Source: Paraspadella gotoi
Taxonomy: Eukaryota > Animalia > Chaetognatha
DNA: 64,000 bases
Assembly: GCA_051294375.1 (NCBI GenBank)
Contig: CM119264.1
Coordinates: 13,288,813-13,352,812 of the forward strand
Reading direction: 5' to 3'
A program made the position numbers and the translations under genes. The notes under the pieces were generated by a model. That model saw only the letters and a program-made list of their open reading frames with translations. It had not been told where the DNA came from and searched no databases. Shown here one piece after another: positions 12,100 through 25,831 of the stretch (position 1 is its first letter; each line of letters opens with the position of its first letter).

Positions 12100-14684
12100 C
12101 TCTCTTTTTCTTTCACTTTCTTTTCCGTAAATTCGAGCTTTCGTCCGCAGTTTTTTTTTTTTCCTCCGTTTCTCTTGATAGTCCCAGCCACCACGACATT
12201 CTCCCAACGCTTTCCACAGAATCCCTCCATCTTCACCCACTCAACTACTTATTTATCCTTTGCTCTGTTTGTCTGTTGGCCTCTTCAACCTCACCCAACC
12301 CTTACCCATTCCTTGGAGACCCGAACGCATCAGTCAGTGTCTTCTTCTTTTTTTTNNNNNNNNNNNNNNNNNNNNNNNNNNNNNNNNNNNNNNNNNNNNN
12401 NNNNNNNNNNNNNNNNNNNNNNNNNNNNNNNNNNNNNNNNNNNNNNNNNNNNNNNNNNNNNNNNNNNNNNNNNNNNNNNNNNNNNNNNNNNNNNNNNNNN
12501 NNNNNNNNNNNNNNNNNNNNNNNNNNNNNNNNNNNNNNNNNNNNNNNNNNNNNNNNNNNNNNNNNNNNNNNNNNNNNNNNNNNNNNNNNNNNNNNNNNNN
12601 NNNNNNNNNNNNNNNNNNNNNNNNNNNNNNNNNNNNNNNNNNNNNNNNNNNNNNNNNNNNNNNNNNNNNNNNNNNNNNNNNNNNNNNNNNNNNNNNNNNN
12701 NNNNNNNNNNNNNNNNNNNNNNNNNNNNNNTTCTCAAAATGTGTTTGCAATTTTTTTTTTTAACTTCGCCGACGTTTGAAAATCCCCGAGCTAAATTACA
12801 CAAAGAGAAGACAAAAGGATGAATGGAATTTTCCAAAATGGCCGAATTTGTCGAGAAGAATGAAAGTAATTCGAAGCCAAAGAAAGATCCAGATTGAAGA
12901 AGGAAATTCCAACAACGCATCGTGAAACTCTTACGCTGTCTCTTCCGAGAATTAAAAAAACATACGTAGAAAAAAAAAAACAATGAAAATTTTTTTTAAC
13001 TTTACGTATGAGTGCAATTTTAAAATTCTAAAGTTCTTGGAAAGTGAGAACTAAGTACAGCATTTTTCATGTTTGAGTACATAGAGGGAACCGCGGCACG
13101 GACGAAAATAATTTTATTCAAATTTTTCTTCCGTAGTAAGACAAAAAAATCGGGTCTCTGTTCGTTTGCATGGCTGATATATTTTTTTAAAGAAATCCAA
13201 GTATTATAAAACGTTATGTCATACAAAAGTATTGAAAAAACCATTAGCCGGTAATTGAGGAGAAAGAGGAGGCCGGGGGTTGGCCGAGTCGGCTGACGGA
13301 TCTATTTCAATCTCTCTCTCTCTCTCTCTCTCTCTCNNNNNNNNNNNNNNNNNNNNNNNNNGGAGAGATGAGAGAGAGAGAGAAGGAGAGAGAGAGGAGA
13401 GAGAGATGAGGAGAGGAGAGAGAGTAGCGAGATTAATGATGCTCGCTTTTTTTCTATATGAGAGAGTCAGGCTTTCTTTTGTTTGGCTTTTTTTTCGATA
13501 TTTTTTTATGGGGTGGCTGCCGCGGGAGTAAGTGCGGTCCCGGCTCGGTCTCGAACGAGTGCCATTGTGGCCTGTCTCTCTGGAGGAGAGATGAGAGCGA
13601 GAGAGTAGAGGCAGAGAGGAGAGAGAGAGAGAGGAGAGAGGATGAGAGAAGAGATTGAGAGAGTGAGAGAGAGAAGTACGGACTGAGGAGTAGAGAGAGA
13701 GATGAGAGATTGGAAGTATATGATTCGTCAGCTCCGGACTCGGCCGTAAGCCCCCGTGGCGTCGTCGTCTACTTTTCTGCTCGGTCGAGTTATCCGGCTA
13801 AGGTGGTTTTTTTGTTGTTTTCTCTCTCTCTCTCTTTTTGTTATCGTGACGTCTTTTCATCATCGAAGTCGTTTGAGCCGATAATCATCCACCCAAAGAT
13901 GACCATCGTCCTGTCGTCATCATCGTCGTCGTCGTCGTCGTCGGCTTCGTTTTTATCGCCGTTGGCTTCGTCGTTATCGTCGTCTCTGCCGTCGACGTCG
14001 TCTTCTTATTTTCCCTAAAGAATCTCTGAAAATGGAGTCTATGGCGTCGACATCGCTTCGTCTTTAGCTTCGCGGTTTAATCGTTGTCGTTGTCTCACCT
14101 CTTTGTCGTCGTTGTCCTCATCATTGTCATATTTTCTTTTCTTATTTTCGTCCTCATCGTCGCCTTGGGTCAGATGAGAACTTCGCCTGTTGTCCCGAGA
14201 TGGAGTTTTTCCCGGTCATTAGCGCCGACGGACCCCGTCGTCCCTTTCTCTCCATCAATTTCGTCCGTTTCTCCAGCATCACCCATTCCTCTCTCTCTCT
14301 GTATCTCTCTCTTTCACTTTTTCCTTTTATCATTTCCTCTTCCTCTTCCTTTTCTCCTCTCCTCCCTGCCCCCTCCTCCTCCTCCTCCTCTCACCCCCCC
14401 CCACTCCTCACTCAGAATTCCTCCCCTTTTCTTGTTCTTCTTATCCTTTCGCTTCTCTTCGCTTCCGGGATGAATTTTTGATTCGGATTATAGATTCGGG
14501 TCTTAGACGATTTAGAGGAAAGAGAGGAAAAGGGGGTGAAAAAGAGAGGAAAAGAAAAGGAGAAGGAGAGAAGGAGAAAATTATTCCCGAATCGCAGTTT
14601 TGCAAGAAATTTTCCTCGGTTTTTAAAGGGACCGAGGAAGACTTGAATATTTCTCGTTTTGCAAAGACTTACTATCGCGGCGAA

Positions 14685-17600
14685 AAGGAAGGAAGACAAA
14701 CGAAGTCGAAGCAGCATAGAAGGCCAAAGCGAAAGACAAGAAGGCCAGAAGCGAGATTAAGATGGTTGAAGAAAAAGGCTAAGAGCGCGAAAAAAAAAGG
14801 ACATAAAAAGAAGGAAAGAAATGGCTAGAGGGAAGAAGGCCGCTTTAAAAAATCTCGTTCTCAAGAGAAAAGTCTCTACGAAGAAGATCTCTCCTCGACC
14901 GCCATAATTCCTTCGATTTTTTTGTGGCGTTTATTTAGGACATTCGGCGCCTTGGAGTATGGGCATGGGCATTGATGGAGGAAGAAGGGGAGGGAGGGAG
15001 AAGTGATGGAAGCAGACAGGGATGGAAGCGATGGAGAACAAAGATGTAAGTGGAGGAGATGGAAAGCAGGAAGAAGACGAGAGATATCAGGCCTTGAAGT
15101 GAGTAGTAACGAGATAATTCAATCAGCTTCTATTCTTCTTATTGTCGTGGTAATTCCTTTCTCTCGTTGTCTCTCATTGTCATGGTTTTTTGACGCATTT
15201 GTCGTTGTTTTGTTGTTGTTGGACTGAAGATGTTCGGGAAACTTAACTGTCGAACCATTCTCGATTTACAATGGAGTTAAAAGCGATGGTTTTTTTTGGC
15301 CGGTCAATTTTTTTTTCCTTCGGGTTCCGACTTCCCTTTTGTCTTGTTTGTTGTTTATTTTCGTTGTTGTTTTCGATCCCAAGAAGTCGGAGATAAGTGC
15401 AGTCCCATTAATTCAGTTCAAGCCACGTCGGACGTCGCGTCTTTTGACCTATAAGGTGGCCGAGAGGCTTCCTCCGAGGGGTCAAGGGTCAACCCGCCAT
15501 ATCCGTGCGTGTCGACTGGAATCGGAGGTCTGATTATCTCGGAGGTCAGGGTCGGGAAAACCCTCGTAGGTCAGACCGAAGGTTCGAAGAATTTTCAAAC
15601 TCTTTCTCTTCAATTTCGCGAAAGGAAGAGGAAGCTTTCGAAATGGGAAATCTCTTATAAAACTAAAAAAATAATATTCAATAAACAAGCTTCTTACCCT
15701 GACTGGACCATGGACATGGACACTTAACCCTATCGTAAGCATTCATCCCTCTACCAATATATTAGGATAGTCTTGAATATTAACTCCAGAGTAGCTTGGA
15801 TTTACTAGGAAGTTTAAGTTGTATTTAATCTCTTAGTGAATACAACTCAGTCGATGATTCCGGCACTCGGATATGAAATAAGTACAGTAGAAGTACATCC
15901 GGTGTTGCAGACGTACATGAAACGGTAAATCCTTAAAATATTTATAAAAAAAAAATACTGCAACGGCCATCGGACCGAATGGCAACCGACGTCCGACATG
16001 TTTGCATCTGGCAGAGAAACGAACCAAACGGTCAACGGTCGAGACAATCTCGAAGGCAAGGTAATGGGACAGAAATAAAATTCTGACGTGGAGAAGGGAT
16101 ACCCCCCCTGGTCTCAATGGGGGGGGGGAGGGGAGAGAAAATACAAAGGAGTCTTGTCGGCCAAAGATGGTCAGACTGACTTTGACGTCCTGTCTTCGTC
16201 TTACGTCCGAACTGTCGGACGATACGGGCATAGTTGCCCGCGTTTAGTTCACTGTGGCCTCGACTAAGAATGAGGATCAAGAATGGGATGTTTATATACA
16301 AGAAAATTAATTTCTTTCTTTAAAAAAAATCCTTTTTTTCCCGAAAACACATCCTTTTCAAAAAAAAAGAACTAAACAATGAATAAAACAAATACAACCA
16401 CCAAAAAAAATCAATTACAAAAACACTAAAAAAAAACTGTACAACAAAAACAACGAAAACAAAAAAACCGCAACGCACTTCAACGCATATATCACAGATG
16501 ACCTCATCATCGTACCGCCAAAAGCTCATCCACCATACAAACAGATATAAAAAGAAGAAAAACAAAAAAAAGTACAAAAAACACAAATCAAAAAAATAAA
16601 CAGAATAAACAAAAATCACAAAAGATTTGTTTTCGGGAAAAAAAAGATTTTTTTTTAAAAGAAAGAAATTAATTTCGTCTTCGTATATAAACATCCTCTG
16701 TGAATCCTCATTCTTTAGTCGAGGCCACATGAACTAAAAGCGGGCAACTATGCCCCGTATCGTCCGAACAGTCGGACGTAAGAGAAGACAGACGTCCCAA
16801 AGTCAGTCTGACCATCTTTGGCCGACAAGACGTCCTGTGTTTCTCTCCCTCCCCCCCCCCCATTGAGACCCGGGGGATCCCTTCTCCCGTCAGAATTTTT
16901 TTTCTGTTCCCATTACCTCTCCTCGAGATTGTCTCGACCGTTGACGTTGTTCGTTGTCTTCTGCACAGATGCAAAACATGTCGGACGTCGGTTGCCATTC
17001 GTCCGATGCCAGTTGCAGTATTTTTTTTTTTTAATAATATTTCAAGGATTTACCGTTTCAGTTACCGTCTCAACAACCGGATGTACTACTACTGTACTAT
17101 TTCATATTCCGAGTGCCGGATACATACGGACTGGAGTTCGTATTCACTTCATAAGATTAAATACAACTTAACACATTCCTCGTAGAAGCTCCAAACTCTG
17201 GGAGTGAAATATTCAAGACTATCCTAATATATTGTTAATGAGCGGATGACAGGTGCCCTTACTACATAGGTAAGTGTCAGTGTCCTAATTGTCCACTCCA
17301 ATGGTCCAGTCATGGGTAACTGATAGCTTGTTTTTATTGAATATTATNNNNNNNNNNNNNNNNNNNNNNNNNACTTACTGATTAATGTTTAGACTGCTTG
17401 GTTGTCGTTTTTTGTTGTTGCTTGTCATTTGCTTCGTCATTATATCGAATCTTGAGTCGCCAGTACCAGTAAACAGAATGTAGAGAAAGTACAAAGTATA
17501 ACGTAAAGAGGGAAAAAGTAAACTCAGGCACGTTATACGGTAAGGCTACGAGAAATCAGAAATTACATGGAATAGCCTCAAAGTGCGAAGAAAAAAAATA

Positions 17601-19290
17601 GATAAATAAAAAGAGATTGTAAATTAATACCAATACGACTTACATCAAAGAAGGAAATTTGACCAAAATATTCATTTTTAAAACTTTAGCCGTTCGATTG
17701 CTCTTTTGTTTTCTCGGGAATTTCGTGCGTATATCTCTCCTCGACATGAAAACTTGCTATATCGTTTTTTGATCCTCTTCCCTCAAGAGATGTGTGTTGT
17801 CGTGGGAAAAAAAAAGATTTTTTTTTAAAAGAAAGAAATTAATTTCTTTCTTCGTATATAAACATCCCTGTGAATCCTCATTCTTTACGAGGCCACATGA
17901 ACTAAAGCGTGGGCAACTATGCCCAGATCGTCCGACAGTTCGGACGTAAGGAGAGACAGACGTCCAAAGTCAGTCTGACCATCTTTGGCCGACAAGACGT
18001 CCTTGTTTTCTCTCCCTCTCCCCCCCCCCATTGAGACCGGGGGGGCTATCCCCTCTCCCCGTCAGAATTTTTGTTTCGTCCCATTACCTCTCCTCGAGAT
18101 TGTCTCGACCGTTGACGTTGTTCGTTGTCTCTGCCCGAGTGCAAACATGTCGGACGTCGGTTGCCATTCGTCCGATGCCAGTTCCAGTATTTTTTTTTTT
18201 TAATAAATATTTCAAGGATTTACGTGTTCATGTACCGTGCTGCCAAACAACCGAGAATGTACTATCTTAACTGTTATTGGTATTTTCATCTCTCTCTTTT
18301 ATTTTTTATAAGAGATTCCCATCGAAAGCTCCTCTTCCTCTTCCTAAATTGGAAGAGAAAGAGTTTTGAAAATTCTTCGAACCTTCGGCTGACCTTCGAG
18401 GGTTTCCGACCCTGACCTCCGAGATAATCAGACCTCCGATCCCAGTCGAACCACGGAATATGGCGGGTCTGACCCTTGACCCCTCGGAGGAACCTCTTCG
18501 GCCACCTTTAGGTCAAAAGACCGACGTCCGACGTGGCTGAACTGAATTAATGGGACTGCAACTTATCTCCCGACTTCTTGGGATCGAAAACAACAACGAA
18601 AATAACAACAACAACAACGACGACAAAAAGGGGAAGTCGGAACCCGAAGGAAAAAAAATTGACCGCCAAAAAAAAACCCATCGCCTTTTAACTCCATTGT
18701 AATACGAGAATGGTTCGACAGTTAGTTTCCCGAACATCTTCAGTCCAACAACAACAAACAACGACAACAATGCGTCAAAAAACCATGACAATGAGAGACA
18801 ACGAGAGAAAGGAAATTACCACGACATTAAGAAGATAGAAGCTGATTGAATTATCTCGTTACTACTCGGTTCAAGCCTGATATCTCTCGTCTTCTTTCTG
18901 CTTCCAATCTTCCTCCACTTACATCTTTTGTTCCTCCCTCGCTTCCATCCCCTTCTTCTTCCATCACTTCTCCTCCTCCCCTTCTTCCTTCATCAATGCC
19001 CCATGCCCATCTCCAAGGCCGCCGAATGTCCTAAATAAACGCCACAAAAATCGAAGGAATTATTGGCGGTCGAGGAGAGATCTTCTTCGTAGAGAACTTT
19101 TCTCTTTGAGAACGAGATTTTCTTAAGCGGCCTTCTTCCCTCCAGCCATTTCGCCTTATTATGTCCTCTTTTTTTCGCGCTCTTAGCCTTCTTCTTCATC
19201 CATCTTTATCCTCGCCTTCTTGGCCTTCTTGGCCTTCTTGTCCTTCTTTGCCTTCTATGCCTTCTTCAACTTCTTTGTCTTCCTTCTTTC
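14685..19290. repeat. Nested inverted/direct triplication: 15670-16350 inverted to 16630-17347; 14685-16350 inverted to 17800-19290; 16630-17090 direct to 17800-18260
   Basis: Reverse-complement matches such as 14860-14920 vs 19045-19110 and 16150-16200 vs 16790-16840/17960-18010. 25-N gap at 17348. Copies differ by many 1-2 nt indels. Confidence 0.88.
15445..15573. promoter_or_regulatory. Candidate nuclear-receptor response-element cluster incl. DR1
   Basis: TGACCT 15445; GGGTCA-A-GGGTCA 15479-15491; AGGTCA 15543; AGGTCA 15568. Motif evidence only. Confidence 0.3.
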
Positions 19291-19369
19291 TTCGCCTTCT
19301 TTACGACTTGAAAGCATTATCTTATTTTTCCACAAACTTATCCTTGTTTATCTTACTCATTACATTCTC

Positions 19370-19702
19370 ACCTTCTGTTCCCTATTTGCCACATTCTTTT
19401 AATTCTTCTACGTCNNNNNNNNNNNNNNNNNNNNNNNNNNNNNNNNNNNNNNNNNNNNNNNNNNNNNNNNNNNNNNNNNNNNNNNNNTTCTTTTAATTCT
19501 TCTCCGTCTTCCCTTCTGTTCCCTATTTGCCATATTCTTTTAATTCTTCTCCGTCTTCCCTTCTGTTCCCTATTTGCTACATTCTTTTAATTCTTCTCCG
19601 TCTTCTCTTCTGTTCCCTATTTGCCACATTCTTTTAATTCTTCTCCGTCTTCCCTTCTGTTCCTTATTTGCCATATTCTTTTAATTCTTCTCCGTCTTCC
19701 CT
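19370..19702. repeat. 47-bp minisatellite (CCCTTCTGTTCCCTATTTGCCATATTCTTTTAATTCTTCTCCGTCTT), interrupted by a gap
   Basis: Units start at 19511, 19558, 19605 and 19652, plus a copy before the gap at about 19370. Confidence 0.92.
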
Positions 19703-22557
19703 GCTGCATTCTTTACTTTCTTCTTTAGCTTCGCTTTCTTCAAACCCTTCATAACCTTCTGCCCTGCCGCATTTTTTGCCATCTTCTATTGTAACCTTCG
19801 CCCTTAACTCCATTGCAAAATAAAAGAGGGCATCTTGATGAGATCTTAAAGTACGGAGCAATTTTTTTTTAAATCGTTTTGATTCTGCGCTTGTGATAAA
19901 TGACGTTAGGAATCATTCTAGTGCTTCTCAAGAAAGTATTACATCCTGCTTATTAATAGCAATTATCATTATAATAACAATTACTTAATATACTTTTTTA
20001 AATAAATTTCTTTCTATGTCTTACTCTTCATTCTCTATCCAAATTTATCTCGTTGCACTGATTGAATGATTGGTTCGCTCAACGATTCCCCATTACTCCG
20101 ACAACATTGACTCAAAAATCGTAACCACTCTGATTGATTTCCCACTCTTTTAAGCAGTTTCTACTGTAAAGAGATTTATTGCACGCCCTCCTATCGGGAC
20201 AGGGAAATCCCTTTAAACGATTTCGCACGCATCTTATCTTTTCCCCCTGAATTCGTGTCCTCGGTCGCTCCATTATTTCTAAAGAACCATTTTCCTCTCC
20301 TCATGATTTATTTTTTCGGGCTTTTATTTGCTCCGCCCTCGTTTCTCCAAAGACTGACCGATGTACTCTTTCCCAGCCACCCACTTCCCTTTTTTCCTTT
20401 TTTTTTTTCTTTTCCTTTTTTTCTTTTCCTTTTCTTCTCGTTCCCTCCCCCTTTCTTTATTTTCCTTCTTCCGCCTTGCGCAGACTGTGGAACTAAACCC
20501 AGAGCCAAAAATTTGACGGGACCTTTCTCTTCAAAATCATCGACCCACCTAATCTCTCTCTCTCTNNNNNNNNNNNNNNNNNNNNNNNNNNNNNNNNNNN
20601 NNNNNNNNNNNNNNNNNNNNNNNNNNNNNNNNNNNNNNNNNNNNNNNNNNNNNNNNNNNNNNNNNNNNNNNNNNNNNNNNNNNNNNNNNNNNNNNNNNNN
20701 NNNNNNNNNNNNNNNNNNNNNNNNNNNNNNNNNNNNNNNNNNNNNNNNNNNNNNNNNNNNNNNNGGTGACGGGCAGGGAGAAGGCGAGGCATGACGGCAA
20801 GCGGAGCGTGAGGCATGACAAGGGAGAGATGGAGGCTCCGTTGGCCGGGCAATGAGATAAAAGGTGAGTGGGGGGGATTTATATCGAAGCTTAACAGCGA
20901 GTAGAGGACGCAGAATAAGGAAGAGCACCTCGCGGACGGGAAAGGATTGAGGGCAGAGAGAAAAACAGGGAAACAGGGAAAAGGCTCCCTTGGCCCTCTT
21001 CCACGAAATATAGAGAAAATTTGTCTCTTTTGAATAATTTACTCAGTGGCAACGACTGATGGACCTTTGTTCAACTTCAGAGATTATGAGATAGTAAATA
21101 AGAATTTCACTGTGGAGGTACAGAGAGGAGAGGAGAGGCATCAAAGACAAAATTCGAAACGACGTCATTGTTTTTTTCTTGAATTGTTTCCCTGCCGCCA
21201 TCAGCTCAACACTGCAACACGTCAGACAATACATCCACGAATGAGCATTTTAGGCGGGATTTGCGTTTTCGTGGTCAAAAGACTTCGTCTATGCGACTGA
21301 CAACAACAACGACAAGGGGCGAGACCAAAAACCGCGAGCGACTGATCCGTGTCCGNNNNNNNNNNNNNNNNNNNNNNNNNNNNNNNNNNNNNNNNNNNNN
21401 NNNNNNNNNNNNNNNNNNNNNNNNNNNNNNNNNNNNNNNNNNNNNNNNNNNNNNNNNNNNNNNNNNNNNNNNNNNNNNNNNNNNNNNNNNNNNNNNNNNN
21501 NNNNNNNNNNNNNNNNNNNNNNNNNNNNNNNNNNNNNNNNNNNNNNNNNNNNNNNNNNNNNNNNNNNNNNNNNNNNNNNNNNNNNNNNNNNNNNNNNNNN
21601 NNNNNNNNNNNNNNNNNNNCTCATTTTCGTCCTCATTTTCGTCCTCATTTTCGTCCTCAGAAATCCGGAGACGAAGGAGTTTTTTCATTTCTCCTCTTTC
21701 CTTTTTTNNNNNNNNNNNNNNNNNNNNNNNNNNNNNNNNNNNNNNNNNNNNNNNNNNNNNNNNNNNNNNNNNNNNNNNNNNNNNNNNNNNNNNNNNNNNN
21801 NNNNNNNNNNNNNNNNNNNNNNNNNNNNNNNNNNNNNNNNNNNNNNNNNNNNNNNNNNNNNNNNNNNNTTTTTTTGCCATTCAATTTCGATTCTATTTTG
21901 GGAATTATAACCGTTTACTAAACACGCAATGCAATAAAGATATATATATAAAAATCTTTAGCAAAAAGGCGGGTAAAAACGACGGAAAACGTGAGCACAG
22001 TAAATTAGAAAAAAATTCAATATCCATATATATAAATATAAATTTAATGAAAATTTTTCATCCAATAATTAGTACAGTCAATAGAAAAAAAAACACGGTT
22101 TGGCGCGAATCCCCAAAAAGTGCGACACCACAAACAAAAGTTTTGGGTCAACTTTGGGCAAAACAGTTTACGACGACGTTGACGAAGGACGACGACCTCG
22201 ACGACTACGAAAACGACTTACCCATGAACCCCCTCTCTGCCCCCCCTACTTTCTCGAAAAAGAAAAAAAAACAATAAAAGTTCGACGTTTAACGATTTTC
22301 AGTCATCCGGACTTCGCCGTTCGCCCCTGGCCACCGTAATGGCGCCCGTAGCCTTGAAAAACAGAATTTCAAAAGAATTCCCCAGAAACTTCAACGCTTC
22401 CGCCGTCGCTGCAGCAGCGGCGGCAGAAGAAGCCGCAACGCAATCGGCGGAACTGCTGTTGCTGAAGCTGCGGCGGCGGGAACGAGGGCTGAAAGAGGAT
22501 TTCCTTCCTTCTTCGTTTTCACGACCAGGTTTTCAGGAGGAAAGGGAGATTCTGGAG

Positions 22558-22602
<45 letters not shown>

Positions 22603-23044
22603 AACTCAAGTAACGCTATATTTCAAAGAGGAGGCCGCCTAAGGTTCTCGTCTTGAATTTTCAACGTATTTTCCCAGTGTGTTTCTCTAATGGGTTTTTT
22701 GTTTTGTTCGTTTGTTTTTTTTCGCTTACAGTTAATTCAAAAATAATCTAAAAAAAAACGAATGATACATAATTACAATAGAATTTAACTAGCCCTATTT
22801 CCTTCTTGCGATCTCTCGCCTCTCTCCCTCCATTTCCCTTCCTCTATCAACTCTCCCACGCCGACCTTCGCCTCACCCAAACTTTCCCACTTTTTATGGT
22901 GAATTGGTTTCGACTTCCAACTTGGAACAAGGAGGTGATTGGGGTTAAGGCCGCGCCGCAGCAAATGTCAAATCTTTTTTTCCCTCCCTTATTCATTCGC
23001 TCGCCGAATGTAGCTTGTAACCTACCCTTCCTTTTTCCTCCGTT

Positions 23045-23088
<44 letters not shown>

Positions 23089-25236
23089 TCCTTCTTTCCT
23101 TCTCGATCTTCCTGTCCTTCATTTCATTTTCTTATTTTTTCTCATTTTCTTTACTCCTTCTCTTTTTCCCCCTTCGTTATCTTCCTGTTTGCCATCTTCT
23201 TGCCTCTCGGCTTTACTTTAGTCTTCCTAGTTATTTCTTTTTCCCTTTTTTACTAACTCCCATTTCACACCTTCTTCCTCCCTCAGTCTCTTCATTTGTT
23301 CCTACCTCCTTTTTTCCTCCCTCGCTAATCCTCAATCCCAGTTTCCGCTTGTGTTGTTGGTTGGTTTGAACTGATGAATTATCGCGCTTTGCATTCTATT
23401 CAAAACCCGAAACCCGCTTTAAAAAAAAAAAAAAAAAAAAACCGCGCGACTTTTTCGCGTCGAATTCAAATGCGGCTGAGTCGGAAGGTTATGCGAGGTG
23501 AGGTCTGGGAGGAACTGAGTTCGAGACCGACTTTAAAACGGATTATTACTTTTAATTTCAATGAGAATGTTAATGTTAATGCGGCGAATGATAACGTCTT
23601 CGCTTTTTCAACCGCATGATCAACCGTTTCATACTATCGAAAGAAAATTTATCTTTCTCTGGTTATTCTCAAACAGCTCATAATTTTCCGTTTTGACTTT
23701 TTGATGGTGAAGGTCCTTCAAATTCTTGCGGATAAATGGAATGTGATCTTACGTTTCAGGGCTTGGCGATACAATTTCAAAATTATTTTTTTCCTCTATT
23801 TTTTTCGCTTCGCTAGAATTCGAATTACAACATTTGCTTTTTTTCCATAAAAACAACAACAACGACATAAGCGACGACGACAAATTCCTTTCCCCCCCCC
23901 CCACAATTCAACGCGAGAGGCGTTTTTTTTTTCTTTCGCTTTTCTTTACATTTGGATTCCGCCATTTCGTTTTTTCGCGCTTTGCCTCTTTTCAACAGCT
24001 CGAAATCGGTTTGGCTGCGAAGAAAAAAAGAGAGGGGAAGGGGAGTAGAGGAAGAATGGAGAGAAAAGAGTTGTGGAGGAATGCAGAGAAGAAAGNNNNN
24101 NNNNNNNNNNNNNNNNNNNNNNNNNNNNNNNNNNNNNNNNNNNNNNNNNNNNNNNNNNNNNNNNNNNNNNNNNNNNNNNNNNNNNNNNNNNNNNNNNNNN
24201 NNNNNNNNNNNNNNNNNNNNNNNNNNNNNNNNNNNNNNNNNNNNNNNNNNNNNNNNNNNNNNNNNNNNNNNNNNNNNNNNNNNNNNNNNNNNNNNNNNNN
24301 NNNNNNNNNNNNNNNNNNNNNNNNNNNNNNNNNNNNNNNNNNNNNNNNNNNNNNNNNNNNNNNNNNNNNNNNNNNNNNNNNNNNNNNNNNNNNNNNNNNN
24401 NNNNNNNNNNNNNNNNNNNNNNNNNNNNNNNNNNNNNNNNNNNNNNNNNNNNNNNNNNNNNNNNNNNNNNNNNNNNNNNNNNNNNNNNNNNNNNNNNNNN
24501 NNNNNNNNNNNNNNNNNNNGGAATGCAGAGAAGAAAGGGGAAAAGAGAAGAGAGGGAGATCGGAGTGGAAGAAAGACGAAGAAAGAAAGGACAGTTTTGA
24601 ATTTTTATGGCTGCTGATTTTTTTATTTCGATNNNNNNNNNNNNNNNNNNNNNNNNNNNNNNNNNNNNNNNNNNNNNNNNNNNNNNNNNNNNNNNNNNNN
24701 NNNNNNNNNNNNNNNNNNNNNNNNNNNNNNNNNNNNNNNNNNNNNNNNNNNNNNNNNNNNNNNNNNNNNNNNNNNNNNNNNNNNNNNNNNNNNNNNNNNN
24801 NNNNNNNNNNNNNNNNNNNNNNNNNNNNNNNNNNNNNNNNNNNNNNNNNNNNNNNNNNTTTATTCCGAATTTTGCCCTCGTCAAACGTTTCGGGTTTCAT
24901 GGAAGAGTTTTTGTGTCGTTGTGAAATGTGGATTCGAAACCTTTTTTCTCCTCTTGTTTCTTTAAAAGAAAAGTTTCTTTCACTTGCTTCCCTCATCGAA
25001 TTCGCCATATTTTAACTTTGTAATAAACCCGGTATTTCTTTAAGCAAACTTAATATCTTGCGAAGGCTGCTATTTTTGTAGTACGAACGTTGTGCCTGCC
25101 CTTATCTTCTTGAATTAACATGGCCGTTTTGCTTGATCTGCAAGTTGCCTTTTCAGTCGCGGAAGTCTCACTGTTTTTCCTTCTCTCTCAGGGATTCTCT
25201 GTGGTGTTTGCGTCGATCAGGGGAATATCTCTTTCG

Positions 25237-25303
<67 letters not shown>

Positions 25304-25736
25304 GTCTCTTTTGATTTTTGTCCTTTTCTTTTCTTCTTTCTCCTTCACCCTTTTTTTGGGTCTTGCTCTTCTTTTTTCTCTCGTTCCTCCTCTCTCTTTT
25401 TCTCTCTCTCCTTCTTTCTCTTTCTTCTTTCTCTAAATTGCTCTCCCATTGTTATGACGGAGCAAACAACGAAAATCATTTTCTATTCTTCGTAACTTAT
25501 TCTTCTTCTTCTCCTCTTTTTTAGTTTCTTCTTTCTTTTGTATTTTTTTTTCTTTTTTTCTGGCTATATTAAAAGTCGTAATCTTAATTTCATGAATATT
25601 CAATCTTGGACTAAATCTTTATCAGGATTCGGGAGTCGAGCGAGACATATTTATTTTTCCCGTAACCGACGTCGCCACGAAAAAATTGTGTCTGTCTCTA
25701 TTCGGTCCAGAAGGTTCTTTCTTTAAAATATCCCTG

Positions 25737-25768
<32 letters not shown>

Positions 25769-25795
25769 AAGAAAGAGAGAGAGAGAGCGAGAGAG

Positions 25796-25831
<36 letters not shown>

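Noticed and set aside
14478-14828. Lys/Arg-rich ORF resembling histone H1 or a protamine (KKKAKSAKKK)
   Set aside because: It is a purine-rich low-complexity translation within the noisy duplicated block, and the full frame is not preserved in the inverted copy.
9160-19702. Regularly spaced 42-bp and 47-bp repeats as possible CRISPR arrays
   Set aside because: They are head-to-tail tandem units without unique spacers, in a eukaryotic intron-containing context with no cas genes.
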